Position numbers and translations under genes: made by a program
Shown here: in pieces, positions 53,001 through 64,000 of the stretch
How positions within the stretch are numbered: position 1 is the first letter of the stretch
How the letters are laid out: each line of letters begins with the position of its first letter
Assembly (NCBI GenBank): GCA_964016885.1
Contig: OZ024741.1
Location: 23,436,001-23,500,000 of the forward strand
Source of the DNA: Eledone cirrhosa
Taxonomy: Eukaryota
Direction: 5' to 3'
Length of the DNA stretch: 64,000 nucleotides
The notes under the pieces: generated by a model
The model's input: the letters and a program-made list of their open reading frames with translations, nothing else
Told to the model about the DNA's origin: nothing
The model's database searches: none

Positions 53001-56000
53001 TTTACACTGTACTGGGTATATTATATCACAGCACCAACACCCCCACTTTACACTGTACTGGGTATATTATATCACAGCATCAACACTACCCCTTTACACT
53101 GTACTGGGTACATTATATCACAGCACCAACACTACCACTTTACACTGTACTGGGTACATTATATCACAGCACCAACACTACCACTTTACACTGTACTGGG
53201 TATATTATAATCACAGCACCAGCACTACCACTTTACACTGTACTGGGTATATTATATCACGGCACCAACACTACCACTTTACACTGTACTGGGTATATTA
53301 TATCACAGCACCAACACCCCCACTTTACACTGTACTGGGTACATTATATCACAGCACCAACATTACCATTTTACACTGTACTGGGTATATTATATCACAG
53401 CACCAACACTACCACTTTACACTGTACTGGGTACATTATATCACAGCACCACCACTACCACTTTACACTGTACTGGGTATATTATATCACAGCACCAACA
53501 CTACCATTTTACACTGTACTGGGTATATTATATCACAGCACCAACACTACCACTTTACACTGTACTGGGTATATTATATCACAGCACCAGCACTACCACT
53601 TTACACTGTACTGGGTACATTATATCACAGCACCAGCACTACCACTTTACACTGTACTGGGTACATTATATCACAGCACCAACACTCCCCCTTTACACTG
53701 TACTGGGTATATTATATCACAGCATCAACACAACCCCTTTACACTGTACTGGGTACATTATATCACAGCACCAACACTACCACTTTACACTGTACTGGGT
53801 ATATTATAATCACAGCACCAATACTACCACTTTACACTGTACTGGGTATATTATATCACAGCATCAACACTACCACTTTACACTGTACTGGGTATATTAT
53901 ATCACAGCACCAACACTACCACTTTACACTGTACTGGGTACATTATATCACAGCACCAGTACTACCACTTTACACTGTACTGGGAACATTATATCACAGC
54001 ACCAACACCATCACCTTACACTGTACTGGGTACATTATATCACAGCACGAAGACTACCACTTTACACTGTACTGGGTATATTATATCACAGCATCAACAC
54101 TACCACTTTACACTGTACTGGGTACATTATATCACGGCACCAAACTACCACTTTACACTGTACTGGGTATATTATAATCACAGCACCAACACTACCACTT
54201 TACACTGTACTGGGTATATTATATCACAGCATCAACACTACCACTTTACACTGTACTGGGAATATTATATCACAGCACCAACACTACCACTTTACACTGT
54301 ACTGGGTATATTATAATCACAGCACCAACACTACCACTTTACACTTTACTGGGTATATTATATCACAGCATCAACACTACCACTTTACACTGTACTGGGT
54401 ATATTATATCACAGCACCAACACTACCACTTTACACTGTACTGGGTACATTATATCACAGCACCAGTACTACCACTTTACACTGTACCGGGAACATTATA
54501 TCACAGCACCAACACCATCACTTTACACTGTACTGGGTACATTATATCACAGCACCAACACTACCACTTTACACTGTACTGGGTATATTATATCACACCA
54601 CTAGCACTACCACTTTACACTGTACTGGGTACATTATATAACAGCACCAACACTACCACTTTACACTGTACTGGGTACATTACATCACAGCACTAGCACT
54701 ACCACTTTACACTGTACTGGGTACATTATATCACAGCACCAACACTACCCCTTTACACTGTACTGGGTATATTATATCACAGCATCAACAGTACCCCTTT
54801 ACACTGTACTGGGTACATTATATCACAGCACCAACACCACCACTTTACACTCTACTGGGTACATTATATCACAGCACCAACACTACCACTTTACACTGTA
54901 CTGGGTATATTATATCACAGCACCAACATTACTACTTTACACTGCACTGGGTACATTATATCACAGCACCAACACTACCACTTTACACTGTACTGGGTAC
55001 ATTATATCACAGCACCAACACTACCACTTTACACTGTACTGGGTACATTATATCACAGCACCAACACCACCACTTTACACTCTACTGGGTACATTATATC
55101 ACAGCACCAACACTACCACTTTACACTGTACTGGGTATATTATATCACAGCACCAACATTACTACTTTACACTGCACTGGGTACATTATATCACAGCACC
55201 AACACTACAACTTTACACTGTACTGGGTACATTATATCACAGCACCAACACTACCACTTTACACTGTACTGGGTACATTATATCACAGCACCAACACTAC
55301 CACTTTACACTGCACTGGGTACATTATATCACAGCATCAACACTACCACTTTACACTGTACTGGGTACATTATATCACAGCACCAACACTACCACTTTAC
55401 ACTGTACTGGGTATATTATAATCACAGCACCAGCACTACCACTTTACACTGTACTGGGTACATTATATCACAGCATCAACACGACCACTTTACACTGTAC
55501 TGGGTATATTATATCACAGCATCAACAGTACCCCTTTACACTGTACTGGGTACATTATATCACAGCACCAACACCACCACTTTACACTCTACTGGGTACA
55601 TTATATCACAGCACCAACACTACCACTTTACACTGTACTGTGTATATTATATCACAGCACCAACATTACTACTTTACACTGCACTGGGTACATTATATCA
55701 CAGCACCAACACTACCACTTTACACAGTACTGGGTACATTATATCACAGCACCAACATTACCACTTTACACTGTACTGGGTACATTATATCACAGCACCA
55801 ACACTACCACTTTACACTGCACTGGGTACATTATATCACAGTACTACCACTTTACACTGTACTGGGTATATTATATCACAGCACCAGCACTACCACTTTA
55901 CACTGTACTGGTTACATTATATCACAGCATCAACACGACCACTTTACACTGTACTGGGTATATTATAATCACAGCACCAGCACTAACACTTTACACTGTA

Positions 56001-59000
56001 CTGGGTACATTATATCACAGCATCAACACGACCACTTTACACTGTACTGGGTATATTATATCACAGCACCAGCACTACCACTTTACACTGTACTGGGTAT
56101 ATTATAATCACAGAACCAACACTACCACTTTACACTATACTGGGTACATTATATCACAGCACCAACACTACCACTTTACACTGCACTGGGTACATTATAT
56201 CACAGCACCAACACTACCACTTTACACTGTACTGGGTATATTATAATCACAGCACCAACACTACTACTTTACACTGTACTGGGTATATTATAATCACAGC
56301 ACCAACACTACCACTTTTCACTGTACTGGGTATATTATATCACAGCATCAACAGTACCCCTTTACACTGTACTGGGTACATTATATCACAGCACCAACAC
56401 TACCACTTTACACTGTACTGGGTACATTATATCACAACACCAGCACTACCACTTTACACTGTACTGGGTATATTATATCACCGCACCAACACTACCACTT
56501 TACACTGTACAGGGTACATTATATCACAGCACCAACACTACCACTTTACACTGTACTGGGTACATTATATCACAGCACCAACACTACCACTTTACACTGT
56601 ACTGGGTATATTATATCACAGCACCAACATTACTACTTTACACTGCACTGGGTACATTATATCACAGCACCAACACTACCACTTTACACTGTACTGGGTA
56701 CATTATATCACAGCACCAACACTACCACTTTACACTGCACTGGGTACATTATATCACAGCACCAACACTACCACTTTACACTGCACTGGGTACATTATAT
56801 CACAGCACCAACACTACCACTTTACACTGTACTGGGTACATTATATCACAGCACTACCACTTTACACTGTACTGGGTATATTATATCACAGCACCAGCAC
56901 TACCACTTTACACTGTACTGGTTACATTATATCACAGCATCAACACTACCACTTTACACTGTACTGGGTACATTATATCACAGCACCAACACTACCACTT
57001 TACACTGTACTGGGTATATTATAATCACAGCACCAGCACTACCACTTTACACTGTACTGGGTATATTATATCACAGCACCAACACTACCACTTTACACTG
57101 TACTGGGTATATTATATCACAGCACCAACACCCCCACTTTACACTGTACTGGGTATATTATATCACAGCATCAACACTACCCCTTTACACTGTACTGGGT
57201 ACATTATATCACAGCACCAACACTACCACTTTACACTGTACTGGGTACATTATATCACAGCACCAACACTACCACTTTACACTGTACTGGGTATATTATA
57301 ATCACAGCACCAGCACTACCACTTTACACTGTACTGGGTATATTATATCACGGCACCAACACTACCACTTTACACTGTACTGGGTATATTATATCACAGC
57401 ACCAACACCCCCACTTTACACTGTACTGGGTACATTATATCACAGCACCAACATTACCATTTTACACTGTACTGGGTATATTATATCACAGCACCAACAG
57501 TACCACTTTACACTGTACTGGGTACATTATAACACAGCATCAACACTACCACTTTACACTGTACTGGGTACATTATATCACAGCACCACCACTACCACTT
57601 TACACTGTACTGGGTATATTATATCACAGCACCAACACTACCATTTTACACTGTACTGGGTATATTATATCACAGCACCAACACTACCACTTTACACTGT
57701 ACTGGGTATATTATATCACAGCACCAGCACTACCACTTTACACTGTACTGGGTACATTATATCACAGCACCAGCACTACCACTTTACACTGTACTGGGTA
57801 CATTATATCACAGCACCAACACTCCCCCTTTACACTGTACTGGGTATATTATATCACAGCATCAACACTACCCCTTTACACTGTACTGGGTACATTATAT
57901 CACAGCACCAACACTACCACTTTACACTGTACTGGGTACATTATATCACAGCACCAACACTACCACTTTACACTGTACTGCGTATATTATAATCACAGCA
58001 CCAATACTACCACTTTACACTGTACTGGGTATAATATATCACAGCATCAACACTACCACTTTTCACTGTACTGGGTATATTATATCACAGCACCAACACT
58101 ACCACTTTACACTGTACTGGGTACATTATATCACAGCACCAGTACTACCACTTTACACTGTACTGGGAACATTATATCACAGCACCAACACTACCACTTT
58201 ACACTGTACTGGGTATATTATATCACACCACCAGCACTTCCACTTTACACTGTACTGGGTATATTATATCACAGAACCAACACCACCACTTTACACTGTA
58301 CTGGGTACATTATATCACAGCACCAACATTACCACTTTACACTGTACTGGGTATATTATATCACAGCACCAACACCCCCACTTTACACTGTACTGGGTAT
58401 ATTATATCACAGCATCAACACAACCCCTTTACACTGTACTGGGTACATTATATCACAGCACCAACACTACCACTTTACACTGTACTGGGTACATTATATC
58501 ACAGCACCAACACTACCACTTTACACTGTACTGGGTATATTATATCACAGCACCAACATTACCATTTTACACTGTACTGGGTACATTATAACACAGCATC
58601 AACACTACCACTTTACACTGTACTGGGTACATTATATCACAGCACCACCACTACCACTTTACACTGTACTGGGTATATTATATCACAGCACCAACACTAC
58701 CATTTTACACTGTACTGGGTATATTATATCACAGCACCAACACTACCACTTTACACTGTACTGGGTATATTATATCACAGCACCAGCACTACCACTTTAC
58801 ACTGTACTGGGTACATTATATCACAGCACCAGCACTACCACTTTACACTGTACTGGGTACATTATATCACAGCACCAACACTCCCCCTTTACACTGTACT
58901 GGGTATATTATATCACAGCATCAACACAACCCCTTTACACTGTACTGGGTACATTATATCACAGCACCAACACTACCACTTTACACTGTACTGGGTACAT

Positions 59001-62000
59001 TATATCACAGCACCAACACTACCACTTTACACTGTACTGGGTATATTTTAATCACAGCACCAATACTACCACTTTACACTGTACTGGGTATATTATATCA
59101 CAGCATCAACACTACCACTTTACACTGTACTGGGTATATTATATCACAGCACCAACACTACCACTTTACACTGTACTGGGTACATTATATCACAGCACCA
59201 GTACTACCACTTTACACTGTACTGGGAACATTATATCACAGCACCAACACCATCACCTTACACTGTACTGGGTACATTATATCACAGCACGAAGACTACC
59301 ACTTTACACTGTACTGGGTATATTATATCACAGCATCAACACTACCACTTTACACTGTACTTGGTACATTATATCACGGCACCAACACTACCACTTTACA
59401 CTGTACTGGGTATATTATAATCACAGCACCAACACTACCACTTTACACTGTACTGGGTATATTATATCACAGCATCAACACTACCACTTTACACTGTACT
59501 GGGTATATTATATCACAGCACCAACACTACCACTTTACACTGTACTGGGTATATTATAATCACAGCACCAACACTACCACTTTACACTGTACTGGGTATA
59601 TTATATCACAGCATCAACACTACCACTTTACACTGTACTGGGTATATTATATCACAGCACCAATACTACCACTTTACACTGTACTGGGTACATTATATCA
59701 CAGCACCAGTACTACCACTTTACACTGTACCGGGAACATTATATCACAGCACCAACACCATCACTTTACACTGTACTGGGTACATTATATCACAGCACCA
59801 ACACTACCACTTTACACTGTACTGGGTATATTATATCACACCACCAGCACTACCACTTTACACTGTACTGGGTACATTATATAACAGCACCAACACTACC
59901 ACTTTACACTGTACTGGGTACATTATATCACAGCACCAACACTACCCCTTTACATTGTACTGGGTATATTATATCACAGCATCAACAGTACCCCTTTACA
60001 CTGTACTGGGTACATTATATCACAGCACCAACACCACCACTTTACACTCTACTGGGTACATTATATCACAGCACCAACACTACCACTTTACACTGTACTG
60101 GGTATATTATATCACAGCACCAACATTACTACTTTACACTGCACTGGGTACATTATATCACAGCACCAACACTACCACTTTACACTGTACTGGGTACATT
60201 ATATCACAGCACCAACACCACCACTTTACACTCTACTGGGTACATTATATCACAGCACCAACACTACCACTTTACACTGTACTGGGTATATTATATCACA
60301 GCACCAACATTACTACTTTACACTGCACTGGGTACATTATATCACAGCACCAACACTACCACTTTACACTGTACTGGGTACATTATATCACAGCACCAAC
60401 ACTACCACTTTACACTGTACTGGGTACATTATATCACAGCACCAACACTACCACTTTACACTGCACTGGGTACATTATATCACAGCATCAACACTACCAC
60501 TTTACACTGTACTGGGTACATTATATCACAGCACCAACACTACCACTTTACACTGTACTGGGTACATTATATCACAGCACCAACACTACCACTTTACACT
60601 GTACTGGGTACATTATATCACAGCACCAACACTACCACTTTACACTGCACTGGGTACATTATATCACAGCATCAACACTACCACTTTAAACTGTACTGGG
60701 TACATTATATCACAGCACCAACACTACCACTTTACACTGCACTGGGTACATTATATCACAGCATCAACACTACCACTTTACACTGTACTGGGTACATTAT
60801 ATCACAGCACCAACACTACCACTTTACACTGTACTGGGTATATTATATCACAGCACCAACATTACTACTTTACACTGCACTGGGTACATTATATCACAGC
60901 ACCAACACTACCACTTTACACTGTACTGGGTATATTATAATCACAGCACCAGCACCCCCACTTTACACTGTACTGGGTATATTATATCACAGCACCAACA
61001 CTACCACTTTACACTGTACTGGGTATATTATAATCACAGCACCAGCACTACCACTTTACACTGTACTGGGTACATTATATCACAGCATCAACACGACCAC
61101 TTTACACTGTACTGGGTATATTATATCACAGCATCAACAGTACCCCTTTACACTGTACTGGGTACATTATATCACAGCACCAACACCACCACTTTACACT
61201 CTACTGGGTACATTATATCACAGCACCAACACTACCACTTTACACTGTACTGGGTATATTATATCACAGCACCAACATTACTACTTTACACTGCACTGGG
61301 TACATTATATCACAGCACCAACACTACCACTTTACACTGTACTGGGTACATTATATCACAGCACCAACACTACCACTTTACACTGTACTGGGTACATTAT
61401 ATCACAGCACCAACACTACCACTTTACACTGCACTGGGTACATTATATCACAGTACTACCACTTTTCACTGTACTGGGTATATTATATCACAGCACCAGC
61501 ACTACCACTTTACACTGTACTGGGTACATTATATCACAGCACCAACACTACCACTTTACACTGTACTGGGTATATTATAATCACACCACCAGCACTAACA
61601 CTTTACACTGTACTGGGTACATTATATCACAGCATCAACACGACCACTTTACACTGTACTGGGTATATTATATCACAGCACCAGCACTACCACTTTACAC
61701 TGTACTGGGTATATTATAATCACAGAACCAACACTACCACTTTACACTATACTGGGTACATTATATCACAGCATCAACACTACCACTTTACACTGTACTG
61801 GGTACATTATATCACAGCACCAACACTACCACTTTACACTGTACTGGGTACATTATATCACAGCACCAACACTACCACTTTACACTGTACTGGGTATATT
61901 ATAATCACAGCACCAACACTACCACTTTACACTGTACTGGGTATATTATAATCACAGCACCAACACTACCACTTTACACTGTACTGGGTATATTATATCA

Positions 62001-64000
62001 CAGCATCAACAGTACCCCTTTACACTGTACTGGGTACATTATATCACAGCACCAACACTACCACTTTACACTGTACTGGGTACATTATATCACAGCACCA
62101 ACACTACCACTTTATACTGTACTGGGTATATTATATCACAGCACCAGCACTACCACTTTACACTGTACTGGGTATATTATATCACCGCACCAACACTACC
62201 ACTTTACACTGTACAGGGTACATTATATCACAGCACCAGCACTACCACTTTACACTGTACTGGGTATATTATATCACAGCACCAACACTACCACTTTACA
62301 CTGTACTGGGTACATTATATCACAGCACCAGCACTACCACTTTACACTGTACTGGGTATATTATATCACGGCACCAACACTATCACTTTACACTGTACTG
62401 GGTACATTATATCACAGCACCAACACTACCACTTTACACTGTACTGGGTATATTATATCATACCACCAGCACTACCACTTTACACTGTACTGGGTACATT
62501 ATATCACAGCACCAGTACTACCACTTTACACTGTACTGGGTATATTATATCACAGCACCAACACTACCACTTTACACTGTACTGGGTATATTATATCACA
62601 GAACCAACACCACCACTTTACACTGTACTGGGTACATTATATCACAGCACCAACATTACCACTTTACACTGTACTGGGTATATTATATCACAGCACCAGC
62701 ACTACCACTTTACACTGTACTGGGTATATTATATCACAGCACCAACACTACCACTTTACACTGTACTGGGTATATTATATCACAGCACCAACACCCCCAC
62801 TTTACACTGTACTGGGTATATTATATCACAGCATCAAAACTACCCCTTTACACTGTACTGGGTACATTATATCACAGCACCAACACTACCACTTTACACT
62901 GTACTGGGTACATTATATCACAGCACCAACACTACCACTTTACACTGTACTGGGTATATTATAATCACAGCACCAGCACTACCACTTTACACTGTACTGG
63001 GTATATTATATCACGGCACCAACACTACCACTTTACACTGTACTGGGTATATTATATCACAGCACCAACACCCCCACTTTACACTGTACTGGGTACATTA
63101 TATCACAGCACCAACATTACCATTTTACACTGTACTGGGTATATTATATCACAGCACCAACACTACCACTTTACACTGTACTGGGTACATTATATCACAG
63201 CACCACCACTACCACTTTACACTGTACTGGGTATATTATATCACAGCACCAACACTACCATTTTACACTGTACTGGGTATATTATATCACAGCACCAACA
63301 CTACCACTTTACACTGTACTGGGTATATTATATCACAGCACCAGCACTACCACTTTACACTGTACTGGGTACATTATATCACAGCACCAGCACTACCACT
63401 TTACACTGTACTGGGTACATTATATCACAGCACCAACACTCCCCCTTTACACTGTACTGGGTATATTATATCACAGCATCAACACAACCCCTTTACACTG
63501 TACTGGGTACATTATATCACAGCACCAACACTACCACTTTACACTGTACTGGGTATATTATAATCACAGCACCAATACTACCACTTTACACTGTACTGGG
63601 TATATTATATCACAGCATCAACACTACCACTTTACACTGTACTGGGTATATTATATCACAGCACCAACACTACCACTTTACACTGTACTGGGTACATTAT
63701 ATCACAGCACCAGTACTACCACTTTACACTGTACTGGGAACATTATATCACAGCACCAACACCATCACCTTACACTGTACTGGGTACATTATATCACAGC
63801 ATCAACACTACCACTTTACACTGTACTGGGTATATTATATCACAGCACCAACACTACCCCTTTACACTGTACTGGGTATATTATATCACAGCATCAACAG
63901 TACCCCTTTACGCTGTACTGGGTACATTATATCACAGCACCAACACCACCACTTTACACTGTACTGGGTATATTATATCACAGCATCAACACTACCACTT
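20093..64000. repeat. 46-bp satellite array (ACTGTACTGGGTA[C/T]ATTATATCACAGCACCA[A/G]CACTACCACTTTAC)n, roughly 950 copies, one orientation, running off the window end
   Basis: Period 46 (cactgtactg at 21421 and 21467); 37, 40, 45, 47 and 48-bp length variants; I saw no interrupting insertions. Confidence 0.99.

Noticed and set aside
19996-60689. Long + strand ORFs (up to 619 aa) with repeating LYTVLGTLYHSTNTTTLHCTGYIISQHQHYHF
   Set aside because: The 46-bp unit has no stop in any + frame, so three monomers give a 46-aa period automatically. All three frames give the same peptide, starts are mostly GTG/TTG, and variant monomers introduce stops and frameshifts freely.
20093-64000. CRISPR-like or repeat-spacer array near a reverse transcriptase
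   Set aside because: There are no unique spacers and no cas genes; the context is eukaryotic and intron-containing, and the RT is a standard LINE ORF2 about 16 kb away.

Overview
Eukaryotic (metazoan) genomic DNA; the SINE, RTE and MITE repertoire and AT-rich introns suggest an octopus or other cephalopod, which is inference. (1) 501-~3820: an apparently young, 5'-truncated CR1-group LINE inserted in a (TA)n tract, with an ORF1 remnant and an uninterrupted endonuclease-RT ORF2. ORF2 has no AUG before the endonuclease domain and lies in the -1 frame at a G_GGA_AAC heptamer next to the ORF1 stop. (2) ~6.7/9.4-19.6 kb: the 5' part of a + strand, multi-exon PTPDC1-like phosphatase gene (HCHAGLGRTG), not visible in the ORF track. 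I reconstructed it from phase-compatible GT-AG exons, including a 22-nt microexon. Its introns contain tRNA-SINEs, RTE fragments, MITEs and minisatellites, many in inverted pairs. (3) ~20.09 kb to the window end: a >43.9-kb array of a 46-bp satellite (~950 copies) with nested multi-kb duplications. It starts ~500 bp after a splice donor, so it is probably intronic, and its monomer resembles a 48-bp subrepeat of a dispersed element present elsewhere in the window. The long ORFs called inside the satellite are products of a stop-free repeat unit.
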